A stretch of 34,083 bases of DNA, from positions 73,468-107,550 of IMG/VR virus record IMGVR_UViG_3300048904_000313; one strand, 5' to 3'. Position numbers and translations under genes: made by a program. How positions within the stretch are numbered: position 1 is the stretch's first letter; each line of letters opens with the position of its first letter. The notes under the pieces are model-generated. The model was not told where the DNA came from. It saw only the letters and a program-made list of their open reading frames with translations, and ran no database searches. Shown in pieces: positions 22,344-30,896 of the stretch. The DNA comes from a virus.

Positions 22344-22583
22344 ATGGCCAAGTGGAAGCCGAGGCACCCCGCCAAGTGGATCAAGACCGCCACGACCTGT
22401 CAGCTCGGTCAGCGCTACCCCAGCGCGGACCGAGCACGAAGCACCATGACGGGCACCTGGGGCGTTCTCACCGCGAAGCTGAAGATCGCGATCTGCTCAC
22501 AGTGTGACGATGGCTTTCACATCGTCACCAAGGACGAGCTCTTTCGGTACCGCAACGTGCTTACGGAGGTTCCACGTGGCTGA
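22344..22583 (+). CDS. Small Zn-binding hypothetical protein
   Basis: ATG 22344 with RBS AGGAGGAG; CSQCDDGFH. Confidence 0.65.
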   Translation: MAKWKPRHPAKWIKTATTCQLGQRYPSADRARSTMTGTWGVLTAKLKIAICSQCDDGFHIVTKDELFRYRNVLTEVPRG

Positions 22584-22911
22584 GACCAGGACTCCTCACG
22601 ACGGCACTGGTGGTCCCTGCATGCAGGAGGCCCTCCAGGAGGCCGTGGCCAGTCGCATGGCGGCAGACGCCGCCGGCCCGGGTGCGACCACCTGGGCGCA
22701 TCTCCTCGCGGAGGCGATGGCCTTCGTCCTGGTGGAGACCGACCCCGGTCGGCTCCTGGCTCGCCTTGAGGGTCTCGACCAGGTCAGTACCGACTGGCAG
22801 GCGGCGCTGGCTGGCCGACTCAGCGACACGATTCACAGTCCAGGGTGTCTCTGCGTCACGTGCAACCCCGACGCGCCGAACACCCACAACACCAAGCTCG
22901 CGCTCAACTAG
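22576..22911 (+). CDS. Hypothetical protein, possibly degenerate MazG-like
   Basis: GTG 22576, RBS GGAGG; TWAHLLAEA...ETDPGRL...QVSTDW helical pattern, with catalytic acidic residues incomplete. Confidence 0.45.
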   Translation: MAETRTPHDGTGGPCMQEALQEAVASRMAADAAGPGATTWAHLLAEAMAFVLVETDPGRLLARLEGLDQVSTDWQAALAGRLSDTIHSPGCLCVTCNPDAPNTHNTKLALN

Positions 22912-22923
22912 GAACGGAGAAGC

Positions 22924-23682
22924 GTGACCAGCATCAGCACCACGAGTGACGTGACCGTCACTCTCGTGCATGAGGACGCCGCGGACCTTCACGTGGTTCA
23001 CGCTGCCAGGGTCAGCACCCTGGGTGAACACGTCATGGGGAAGCTCGAGGACCTCGGTCTGATCACCTCAGAGCAGTGGCGCACGAGGGAGATGGCTGAC
23101 CGAGACAAGGGTCTCATCGGCTTCCTGATGCGCGATCACCACGGCACCCCCTTCGAGCACAACTCCCTTACCTTCATGGTGAAGGCGCCGATCTTCATCG
23201 CCAGGGAGTTCATGCGGCACCGCGCGGGGTGGTCCTACAACGAGGAGAGCGGCCGCTACCGCGAGTTGCAGCCGAGCTTCTACGTTCCGGGACCCGAGCG
23301 AAAGCTCGTCCAGGTCGGCAAGCCGGGCGCGTATCAGTTCCTGGCTGGGACCGACGACCAGGCACGCATCGTGAACAACGCGGTGACGTACGCCTACGAG
23401 AAGGCGTGGAGCATGTACAAGCTGATGCTCAACGAGGGCGTGGCACGCGAGGTCGCTCGCGTGGTGCTTCCCGTGGGCCTCTTCACCACGTTCTACGCCA
23501 CCTGCAACGCCCGCAGCCTGATGCACTTCCTCTCGCTGCGGACTCAGGACGAGCGCGCGAAGACGATCTCGTTCCCCCAGTGGGAGATCGAGCTCGTGGC
23601 GGGTCAGATGGAGAAGCTGTGGGCGGACGTCATGCCCGTCACGTACGCCGCGTTCAACGAGCACGGACGATGCGCGCCGTAA
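22924..23682 (+). CDS. thyX: Flavin-dependent thymidylate synthase
   Basis: HGTPFEH, AREFMRHRAGWSYNEESGRY (RHRx7-8SxR), AREVARVVLP, NARSLMHFLSLR, QWEI. Confidence 0.97.
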   Translation: MTSISTTSDVTVTLVHEDAADLHVVHAARVSTLGEHVMGKLEDLGLITSEQWRTREMADRDKGLIGFLMRDHHGTPFEHNSLTFMVKAPIFIAREFMRHRAGWSYNEESGRYRELQPSFYVPGPERKLVQVGKPGAYQFLAGTDDQARIVNNAVTYAYEKAWSMYKLMLNEGVAREVARVVLPVGLFTTFYATCNARSLMHFLSLRTQDERAKTISFPQWEIELVAGQMEKLWADVMPVTYAAFNEHGRCAP

Positions 23683-23807
23683 GGGCGGCTCTCCGCACCG
23701 CGTTGCGGTGGACGGGCTACGTAGTGTGCTGGCTGGGCGTGCTCATCGTGATCGCCTGGTTCGGCCTCGCCGTCTTCGGCTGGGGCACCGTCGCCAACTG
23801 GTGGTAG
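23670..23807 (+). CDS. 45-aa membrane protein
   Basis: MRAVRAALRTALRWTGYVVCWLGVLIVIAWFGLAVFGWGTVANWW. Confidence 0.5.
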   Translation: MRAVRAALRTALRWTGYVVCWLGVLIVIAWFGLAVFGWGTVANWW

Positions 23808-23810
23808 ACG

Positions 23811-23912
23811 ATGCCCTGCCCGAACTGCGGCAAGAGCATGGCCCTCTGGGTCAACGAGACGGGCACCCAGGTATGGGTGTGCCAAGGATGCAGCTACCAG
23901 CAGGTAGCTTGA
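23811..23912 (+). CDS. 33-aa zinc-ribbon mini-protein
   Basis: MPCPNCGKSMALWVNETGTQVWVCQGCSYQQVA. Confidence 0.5.
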   Translation: MPCPNCGKSMALWVNETGTQVWVCQGCSYQQVA

Positions 23913-23933
23913 CGACGACAGGAAGAGACTGAA

Positions 23934-25010
23934 GTGGCTGGGACCAGCAACAAGATCAGCAACAAGATCAACCACGTGGCGATCCTCATGGACGCGTCCT
24001 CGTCCATGAGCAGCTACAGCCGCACCATCGTCCAGGTGGTGGACGGCCTGGTGAAGACGCTGGCCGAGGAGTCGGTCAAGTTCGACCAGGAGACCCGCGT
24101 CACCATCTACACCTACTCCAGCCCGAGCGGCTGGAGCACCCACGACGCGATCAAGAACGTCGTGTTCGACAAGGACGCCATGCGCCTGCCGTCCCTGGCT
24201 GGCCACTACTCGCCGGGCGGCATGACCGCTCTCATCGACGCCACCTGGCAGTCCATCGACGACCTGGAGAAGACCGCTCAGCTGTACGGCGAGCACTCCT
24301 TCGTCGTCTACAACGTCACCGACGGCGCGGAGAACGCCTCCCAGCACTCCAAGACCGAGCTCCGCAACCGCCTCACCCAGCTGCCGGACAACTGGACGAT
24401 GGCCGCCCTGGTGCCGAACGAGCAGGGCGCCACGTACGCCCGCGACATGGGCTTCCCGGGCGGCAACATCGCGATCTGGGACGCCACCTCGACCGCCGGC
24501 GTGGAGAAGATGGGGCAGACGCTGCGCGCCTCCACCACCTCGTTCATGGACACCCGCGCCAAGACCGGCGCCCGCTCCACCACGTCGCTCTTCGCGCCGC
24601 AGATGGACAAGGTCGACGAGGCCGCGCTGAAGAAGGCGGGCCTCAAGCCGCTCGACCCGTCCAAGTACGTGCTGATCCCCGTCACCGGAGAGATCCGCAT
24701 CGATGAGTTCGTCAAGCAGTGCACCACGAACTACGTCGTCGGCAAGGGCTATTACCAGCTCACCGGTGGCCGCAAGCCGAAGGGCAAGCGCGGCATCATC
24801 GTCCAGGGCAACAAGTCCATCGCGGTGCTGAACAAGAAGACGAACGAGGTCTTCGTCGGCGACGAGGCGCGCAAGCTCGTCGGCCTGCCGAAGGAGAACG
24901 TCACCGTGGACCCGACGGACACCAAGGGGGACTACATCCTCTACGTCCAGTCCACCTCGCTGAACCGGGTCCTCGGCCCGATCGGCACCAAGTTCCTGCT
25001 CATGCACTAG
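23934..25010 (+). CDS. vWA domain protein with an uncharacterised C-terminal domain
   Basis: MIDAS ILMDASSSM, GMTALIDA, VTDGAENAS. Confidence 0.85.
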   Translation: MAGTSNKISNKINHVAILMDASSSMSSYSRTIVQVVDGLVKTLAEESVKFDQETRVTIYTYSSPSGWSTHDAIKNVVFDKDAMRLPSLAGHYSPGGMTALIDATWQSIDDLEKTAQLYGEHSFVVYNVTDGAENASQHSKTELRNRLTQLPDNWTMAALVPNEQGATYARDMGFPGGNIAIWDATSTAGVEKMGQTLRASTTSFMDTRAKTGARSTTSLFAPQMDKVDEAALKKAGLKPLDPSKYVLIPVTGEIRIDEFVKQCTTNYVVGKGYYQLTGGRKPKGKRGIIVQGNKSIAVLNKKTNEVFVGDEARKLVGLPKENVTVDPTDTKGDYILYVQSTSLNRVLGPIGTKFLLMH

Positions 25011-25089
25011 GAGGTCGGTTGCTCGACCCTCAGCCGTCTCACCCTGACCGACTTCAGCCCTGAGGAGGGGCTGGTCGGAAAGGGTCGAG

Positions 25090-25251
25090 ATGACCAAGCA
25101 CTCGCCGCACAAGCGGTGGAAGGGCTGCTGCATGATGTGCGCGGCGTACATCCGTGGTGATGGCACCGCGCGCCGGCTGCCGTTCCGTGACCTCAAGAAG
25201 ATCGGCAAGGTTCGCCGCATCGACAAGCGGGTTCCGCGGGACGACAGCTGA
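25090..25251 (+). CDS. 53-aa highly basic Cys/His protein
   Basis: MTKHSPHKRWKGCCMMCAAYIRGDGTARRLPFRDLKKIGKVRRIDKRVPRDDS. Confidence 0.55.
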   Translation: MTKHSPHKRWKGCCMMCAAYIRGDGTARRLPFRDLKKIGKVRRIDKRVPRDDS

Positions 25252-25270
25252 GAAACCCCGTCGAGGCAGC

Positions 25271-25299
25271 TGTACATCAGCTGCCTCGACTGGTAAGGT
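25271..25299 (+). promoter_or_regulatory. Phage promoter with a 13-bp inverted repeat around the -35
   Basis: TGTACA-N17-TAAGGT with TGG extension; GTCGAGGCAGCTG/CAGCTGCCTCGAC. Confidence 0.7.
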
Positions 25300-25333
25300 A
25301 GTATCATCAGGAACGAGGGAAGGGAACGAAGAG

Positions 25334-25609
25334 ATGTCGGACGAGACCTACAACCGAGTCCAGGCGGAGCGAGAGCTCCTCAGCCGCGTGGACGCCGACC
25401 CTCGCGTCATCGCCGCACTGGCGGCGAAGAACGCCTTCTACGACAGCGACGCCGGCCATCACCTCGACGAGGCCGTCCACGGTCGCACGTCCTGGTCCCT
25501 CCTGGACGAGGACATCAAGGACGCCGTGGAGGCGTTCACCTTCAACTACTACCGCACCCGCCGGCAGGTCAAGGCGGAGCTGAAGGCCGAGATGGAGGCC
25601 GCGGAGTGA
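25334..25609 (+). CDS. Hypothetical protein
   Basis: ATG 25334 after the AG-rich leader. Confidence 0.65.
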   Translation: MSDETYNRVQAERELLSRVDADPRVIAALAAKNAFYDSDAGHHLDEAVHGRTSWSLLDEDIKDAVEAFTFNYYRTRRQVKAELKAEMEAAE

Positions 25610-26139
25610 AGAAGATCACCTTCCTCACCGGCGACGCCACGCTCCCCGCGCGTCACGCCGCCGAGAGGCTCCTGATCGCTCACGTCGTCAACGACGAGGG
25701 CAAGTGGGGCCGCGGGTTCGTCAAGGAGCTCTCCAAGCGTGACCCGCGTCCCGAGGCGGAGTACCGCGACTGGCACGCCAAGGCCAGCCTCGCGCGTCGG
25801 TCCATCCTGGGTCACGTCCAGGTTGTGCCGTACTCCCCGCTCGGGCCGCGGAGCAGCAGCTTCAACACCTGGGTGGCCAACATGTGCGCTCAGCGAGGCT
25901 GGCGACGCGGTGAGGGCGACCCGCAGGCGCTGGACGAGCACTCGCTCACCTGGTGCCTGCGAGACGTGGCTCGCTGGGTCAACCAGCACCAGTACGACCG
26001 CGTCGTGATGCCGCGCATCGGTGCCGGGCTCGGCGGCGCCGCGTGGGCGGACGTGCGGAAGATCATCGAAGCCGAGCTCTGCGAGCAAGACGTCCACGTG
26101 ACGGTCTACTCGCTGCCGTGGGAAACCTGGGAGGACTGA
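25606..26139 (+). CDS. Macrodomain protein (Poa1p/TARG1/DarG-like class)
   Basis: GDAT, IAHVVNDEGKWGRGF, WVANMCAQ, MPRIGAGLGGAAW. Confidence 0.9.
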   Translation: MKKITFLTGDATLPARHAAERLLIAHVVNDEGKWGRGFVKELSKRDPRPEAEYRDWHAKASLARRSILGHVQVVPYSPLGPRSSSFNTWVANMCAQRGWRRGEGDPQALDEHSLTWCLRDVARWVNQHQYDRVVMPRIGAGLGGAAWADVRKIIEAELCEQDVHVTVYSLPWETWED

Positions 26140-26142
26140 GAG

Positions 26143-26349
26143 ATGCCCATCGAGACGTACACCGCCACCTCGAAGCTGGAGGGCGCGACGTACACGGTCA
26201 CGATCGACAAGGTGCGCGTGAACGGGAAGAACCTCGAGGGAACCGGCACCACTCGAGACGCCGCCGCGTTCCAGGCGAAGCGGGCGCTGGCCAACCACCT
26301 GCGCGTGTACATGCACGAGCTCGCCCTCATCGTGGACGGCGGTCACTGA
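26143..26349 (+). CDS. Hypothetical protein
   Basis: 68-aa ORF, RBS GGAGG. Confidence 0.6.
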   Translation: MPIETYTATSKLEGATYTVTIDKVRVNGKNLEGTGTTRDAAAFQAKRALANHLRVYMHELALIVDGGH

Positions 26350-26631
26350 GTGACGCTCGACCGCCCGTGGCCCTGGGCCCTGGACGCCGCTCGCCGGCGC
26401 TACCACGTCGGAGACGTGGTGGTGACCGGCAAGGCGTCCTGGTTCGGGCCAGGCATCCGCGGCGAGGTGACGGAGATCACCCTCGGCATGGTGACCCTGC
26501 GCACTGAGCTCCCGGCGGCACCTCAGCTGCGAGTCCGTCCCTACCACGTCCTCGTGGCGGAGCGCCGCACCGGCGTCCGCCACGAGGCCCGGAAGCTGTA
26601 TCGGAAGGTCAAGGAGAGGAAGAAGCAGTGA
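26350..26631 (+). CDS. Hypothetical SH3-like protein
   Basis: YHVGDVVV...GEVTEI; abuts its neighbours. Confidence 0.55.
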   Translation: MTLDRPWPWALDAARRRYHVGDVVVTGKASWFGPGIRGEVTEITLGMVTLRTELPAAPQLRVRPYHVLVAERRTGVRHEARKLYRKVKERKKQ

Positions 26632-26960
26632 AGCACCCCGTCGAACGCGCCGACGTCAAGAGTCGCCCCAAGCTGGACGAGCTGGACGTCAAGACGCTGA
26701 GGCTCATCGCCGGTGGCGCCACGAACCAGGCCATCGCGCAGGAGAACGGCGTCTCCACGGCCACGACCGGCCGGCGACTGACCGCTCTCTTCGAGAAGAT
26801 GGGCGCGAAGGACCGTACCCATGCCACGATGATCGCCGTGGCAGCCAGGGTCATCCAGGTGAGCGACGTCGCCCTGCCCACCTGGGTCAAGGTGGAGATG
26901 AACGCCCTCGTGGAGCCCCTTCGAGTCGTCGTGGAGTCGCCTCGTGTCCTCGACGTCTGA
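26628..26960 (+). CDS. LuxR-type HTH regulator
   Basis: LDELDVKTLRLIAGGATNQAIA...LFEKMGAKDRTHA. Confidence 0.85.
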   Translation: MKHPVERADVKSRPKLDELDVKTLRLIAGGATNQAIAQENGVSTATTGRRLTALFEKMGAKDRTHATMIAVAARVIQVSDVALPTWVKVEMNALVEPLRVVVESPRVLDV

Positions 26961-27246
26961 CACGTTCCGCGACGCCGTCGGCCAGCTCGGCTCCGTGGGT
27001 GACCTGGTGGGCGGCGTCCGTCTCGGCCAGTACGCCTACACCGTGGGTGGCCAGGTCGTGAAGGTCGGCACCCAGGGCGCCCGCGTCAAGGTGCGCGTGG
27101 CTCTGGTGACCGACACCGGTGACCACGCGCATCGCTCCAGCACCTACGGCGAGGCCAGTCGGCCCAAGCTCGGTGACGAGGTCTGGATCTACCGTGAGCG
27201 CGTCTTCAAGGTGGACGCGCTCTTCGTTGAGGAGGAAAACCCGTGA
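26944..27246 (+). CDS. Hypothetical protein
   Basis: 100-aa ORF in operon order. Confidence 0.6.
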   Translation: MSSTSDTFRDAVGQLGSVGDLVGGVRLGQYAYTVGGQVVKVGTQGARVKVRVALVTDTGDHAHRSSTYGEASRPKLGDEVWIYRERVFKVDALFVEEENP

Positions 27247-28493
27247 GTGAACTCGCCTGTGGTGGCTGCGGTCGCTTCGAGTGCGACGCGTGTCGTCAGG
27301 CGTACTTCCGCCGCATCACCGAGATGGCCAGCTCCACCGCTGAGCAGGTCGTCACCGGCCTGAAGGGCCTCGCGACCGCCTTCGTGGCCGGCCTGCAGGA
27401 GGGCGGCGTGGACTGGACGCACCTCCAGGGCGCCATGAGGGTCGAGAAGCCCGAGAAGGGCCCCGACCTCGACCCGCGGTGGTGCTGCAACGGCAACGCG
27501 GAGACCTGCGCGCTCTGCGTGGACCCCAACCCGCCATACCCGTTCCTCTGTCCCGGTCACGAGGACCTCCCCTCGAACCGCAAGACGGTGCTCGCAGCGG
27601 CCGCGGCGATGGGCAAGACCGCCGTTCACGACGCGATGGACCGGCTTCGGGCCCACGACGCGGCCAAGAACACCGCCGAGGTCAAGAGGGTCGTCGCGGA
27701 CACGAACACGGACTGCAACGGGTACTGCGAGGCCCCGCATGAGTCGATCCAGGAGGAGGAAGCCTGCGAACGGCTCCGAGAGGCAGCCAAGCGGCGGCGA
27801 GAGGTGATCGTTCAGGCCGAGGGGGACGAACCCCTGGACCGGGAGGCGCTGCGGGCTCTCGTCAGCCGAGAGGTCCTCGCAACGGCCATCGAGCGGGTCG
27901 AGCGGGAGTGGATCTGCTGCAACCCCGTCCAGGTGGACCACGACCTCTGCAAGCAGGGCGAGGCGGCGCTGCGAATGGTGACGGCACTCCTCAGGGACGA
28001 CGAGGAGCGGTTCCCAGCTCGCTCGGACGTCCTCGACGTGATCATGCGGTTCGTGCTGGGCGCGGACGCCTCGCCGGCAGCCACGTCGGTGCTGTCGGAG
28101 GCCGAGCTGCGGGAGCTGTACTTCAAGAGCCTGATGAGCGGCTACAAGGCCGCCAACGCCCACGCCGGCGCGGAGACGGTCCACAAGCTGGTGGACGCGG
28201 TCCTCACGACCCGCGACCGAGAGCTGCGGCGGACCAGGCAGCGGCTGCTCCTGGCCGCGGACCACCACAAGCGGGCCGTTCTCGCTGAGATGGGGCCGGC
28301 GGTGAACCTCGGCGCGGTGCGAAACCGCGCCAAGCTGGAGGGCCGTCTGGAGATGCTGGACGAGGTGCGGGCGATGATGCGAGCGGAGTGCACGTCGCCG
28401 TTCGAGTCCATCGCCTACAACAACCCCTTCGTGTGGCTGCGGAAGAAGACCGCGGAGACGAAGAAGGCACTGGACGAGCGCTCAAGCGACTGA
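27243..28493 (+). CDS. Mosaic hypothetical protein with several Cys clusters
   Basis: 416 aa; CGGC/CDAC, WCCNGNAETCALC...CPGH, CNGYCEAPH, WICC...HDLC. Confidence 0.7.
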   Translation: MSELACGGCGRFECDACRQAYFRRITEMASSTAEQVVTGLKGLATAFVAGLQEGGVDWTHLQGAMRVEKPEKGPDLDPRWCCNGNAETCALCVDPNPPYPFLCPGHEDLPSNRKTVLAAAAAMGKTAVHDAMDRLRAHDAAKNTAEVKRVVADTNTDCNGYCEAPHESIQEEEACERLREAAKRRREVIVQAEGDEPLDREALRALVSREVLATAIERVEREWICCNPVQVDHDLCKQGEAALRMVTALLRDDEERFPARSDVLDVIMRFVLGADASPAATSVLSEAELRELYFKSLMSGYKAANAHAGAETVHKLVDAVLTTRDRELRRTRQRLLLAADHHKRAVLAEMGPAVNLGAVRNRAKLEGRLEMLDEVRAMMRAECTSPFESIAYNNPFVWLRKKTAETKKALDERSSD

Positions 28494-28499
28494 TATGGT
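28471..28499 (+). promoter_or_regulatory. Phage promoter
   Basis: TGGACG-N17-TATGGT with TGA extension. Confidence 0.7.
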
Positions 28500-28546
28500 T
28501 GTATCAACAGCCCGGGGAACCGGGCGCACAGGAACGGAGGACCAGG

Positions 28547-28843
28547 ATGGGACGCGGACGAGACTGGCGAGGCCAGGAGCCCACCCCGCAGGCGAGGCGG
28601 TGCCTCAACGCCCTTCGGGACGGGGAGCAGCCCAGCGCGCGGGTGGCCGTCAGCGCCGGCCTGACGCAGGCCAACGCGATCTCCACCCTCAAGCGCCTCG
28701 AGGGCGACGGGCTCGTCTCGTCGCGCCTCGAGACCACGGCGGAGCACCGCAACCGGGAGAAGGACCCCGGCAACGCGTTCAAGGGCCCTCGCCGGCAGCT
28801 GTGGAAGCTGACGGCGGACGGTCGAGCGGTGGTGAACGGCTGA
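28547..28843 (+). CDS. Winged-HTH (PadR/MarR-like) protein
   Basis: ATG 28547; LKRLEGDGLVSSRLE...PRRQLWKLTADG. Confidence 0.8.
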   Translation: MGRGRDWRGQEPTPQARRCLNALRDGEQPSARVAVSAGLTQANAISTLKRLEGDGLVSSRLETTAEHRNREKDPGNAFKGPRRQLWKLTADGRAVVNG

Positions 28844-29148
28844 TGGGGAACCCGGGATGGCGCGGGGTGGTGCTCTCCGGCCCGCGCCGGAAGATGCTCC
28901 GCGCCATGGCGGCCCAGCCGACGCGGAAGTGGACGATCAAGGAGCTCCAGCTGGCCGCCGGCACCGCGGAGGCCACCACCTACCAGTCCATGCGGGCCTT
29001 TGAGGAGGCCCGGTGGGTGAAGAGTGAGCTGGAGACCGCGGCGGAGCACCGGGCGCGGCAGAAGGGCCCGCACGACCTGAACAAGGGCCCGAGGCTCACG
29101 CGCTGGTTCCTGACGGAGACCGGGCAGCTGGAGGTGAACGCGTTGTGA
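28843..29148 (+). CDS. Winged-HTH (PadR/MarR-like) protein, paralogue of the upstream gene
   Basis: ATG 28843 (TGATG overlap); FEEARWVKSELE...PRLTRWFLTETG. Confidence 0.8.
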   Translation: MGNPGWRGVVLSGPRRKMLRAMAAQPTRKWTIKELQLAAGTAEATTYQSMRAFEEARWVKSELETAAEHRARQKGPHDLNKGPRLTRWFLTETGQLEVNAL

Positions 29149-29462
29149 GCGGTGAGACCGCCGAGGACCTCGTCGAGGCGGAGCTGGAGCGCCTGGCCAG
29201 GGCGGAGCTGCTGGCGCGGGAGGAGACTCAGCGGCACCTGACCGCGCTCATCGAGGCGGCGACGGAGGTCAAGGAGGCCCTCACCGTCGACACCTCGTTC
29301 ACCACGATCAGCAGCTCAGTGTTGATCATGAACCGCTCCCTCTCGGAGGCACTGCGCGAGGTCACCAAGTACGACGCCTGGGGCCTCGCCCGCCGCAACC
29401 TGGTCAGGACGAAGCTGAGGCTGGAGAAGCTGAGGGCGAAGCAGGGAGAGGAGACGACGTGA
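29145..29462 (+). CDS. Hypothetical helical protein
   Basis: 105 aa, GTGA coupling. Confidence 0.6.
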   Translation: MSGETAEDLVEAELERLARAELLAREETQRHLTALIEAATEVKEALTVDTSFTTISSSVLIMNRSLSEALREVTKYDAWGLARRNLVRTKLRLEKLRAKQGEETT

Positions 29463-29803
29463 ACGAGACGGCGCGGGCGGCGGCAGCTGAGGGGCTGCCG
29501 CCCGCCTGGCTTCTGGTCGGGGTCGTTCTCGTCGTGGGGGCGGCGGTCGTTGGCTGGGTTGAGGGGGTGAGCCGGCGGCAGCTTCGGAAGATGGACTCAC
29601 TCTGGGCGGCCGCCCGGCGGCACCAGCTCCGCGAGCACGAGGCGCTGATGGCCAAGCTGTCGGCGATGACGCTGGCGGCGACGGTGAAGGCGACGCCAGC
29701 GCGGAAGCCGGTGAAGCCGGCCGACGCGATCACCGTGGAGCTCGAGACGATCAAGCCCGAGCAGCTGCGCGGGGAGTGGAAGGGAGAGGACGGGGATGGC
29801 TAA
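29459..29803 (+). CDS. Single-TM hypothetical protein
   Basis: WLLVGVVLVVGAAVVGWV. Confidence 0.6.
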   Translation: MNETARAAAAEGLPPAWLLVGVVLVVGAAVVGWVEGVSRRQLRKMDSLWAAARRHQLREHEALMAKLSAMTLAATVKATPARKPVKPADAITVELETIKPEQLRGEWKGEDGDG

Positions 29804-29999
29804 GACCCAGGGCTGCGCGAACGCGACCGTGCACGAGGGCCACGAGTGGCAGGCCGTGATCCGCGGCCGGCGAGGGCGGACGGAGCCGCGGTGGTGTCCC
29901 GGCCGCGTCGAGTGTGGCGCGTGCCAGAAGGCCGTCTTCCGCTCCACCGTCACGACGGTGAACGGCCGGACCGTGTGCCGGGGTGGCTGCCGGACGTGA
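29796..29999 (+). CDS. Zn-finger mini-protein
   Basis: C..HEGHEW...CPGRVECGAC...CRGGC. Confidence 0.6.
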   Translation: MAKTQGCANATVHEGHEWQAVIRGRRGRTEPRWCPGRVECGACQKAVFRSTVTTVNGRTVCRGGCRT

Positions 30000-30142
30000 G
30001 CGAGAGCACGGCGAGGGAGACGGGCCGCTGCCAGTGGTGCGCCCGCGAGCGGCCCGTCTCCCTCATGCGGCGCTGGAACGAGCAGTGGCAGTGCCAGGAC
30101 TGGGAACGCTGCGCCGCCGTGGCGCGGCGACGGAAGAGCTGA
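29996..30142 (+). CDS. Zn-finger mini-protein
   Basis: MSESTARETGRCQWC...WQCQDWERC; GTGA coupling. Confidence 0.55.
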   Translation: MSESTARETGRCQWCARERPVSLMRRWNEQWQCQDWERCAAVARRRKS

Positions 30143-30155
30143 AAGTGAGAGAGCG

Positions 30156-30680
30156 ATGACTGAGTTCACGCCACCGATGGCGGCCCCCGGCCAGGTGCTG
30201 CCGGAGCGCGTGCAGGTCCGAGGCGGGGCTGACGTCCCGCCGCCGGCGCGGCCCCAGCCGAAGGTGGGGGTGTCCCTACTGGTCGTCAAGCACGGCCGGG
30301 TGCTCCTGGCCCGACGGCAGGGCAGCCACGGCGCGGGGGAGTTCGGCACCCCGGGTGGCGGCCACGAGAACGGGGAGAGCTACGAGGAGACCGCCCTGCG
30401 GGAGCTGCGCGAGGAGTGTGGCCCGGACTTCCTCGTCACCACGCCGCGCTTCCTCTGCCTCACCAACCTCCGCCGGTACCTCCCCAAGCACTACGCCGAC
30501 GTGGGCATGGTCGCGCACTGGATCAGCGGCGACGCGGAGCCGCCCACCGAGGAGGAGCGCGCCAAGCTGCAGAGCGACTGGGGCTGGTACTCCATGTACG
30601 ACCTTCCCGCGCCGGTCTTCGGCGCGGTGCGCAACCTCGTTGAGGCGTACCGCACCGGCCGACCGTTCTTCGACGAGTAG
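30156..30680 (+). CDS. Nudix hydrolase
   Basis: PKVGV, Nudix box GGGHENGESYEETALRELREECG, EP..EK...WGWY. Confidence 0.92.
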   Translation: MTEFTPPMAAPGQVLPERVQVRGGADVPPPARPQPKVGVSLLVVKHGRVLLARRQGSHGAGEFGTPGGGHENGESYEETALRELREECGPDFLVTTPRFLCLTNLRRYLPKHYADVGMVAHWISGDAEPPTEEERAKLQSDWGWYSMYDLPAPVFGAVRNLVEAYRTGRPFFDE

Positions 30681-30691
30681 GAAAGACCGAC

Positions 30692-30874
30692 ATGGCGGCA
30701 AAGGCAGCGGCAACGCGGTGCGGGCGACGGACCCTGCACGCCGCTCACGGCGAGTGTGAGGGCCGCGCGGAGTGCGCGGTCTGTCACGGCGTGGCGTGGA
30801 CGAGCGACACCGTGGAGATCACGGAGCACCGGGTTCACAACGGCAAGCGTCGGCACCGGCACTGCCAGTTCTGA
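30692..30874 (+). CDS. Zn-finger mini-protein
   Basis: C..HAAHGECEGRAECAVC...HRHC. Confidence 0.55.
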   Translation: MAAKAAATRCGRRTLHAAHGECEGRAECAVCHGVAWTSDTVEITEHRVHNGKRRHRHCQF

Positions 30875-30896
30875 GAGAGGCGAGAGAGGCGGAGAG

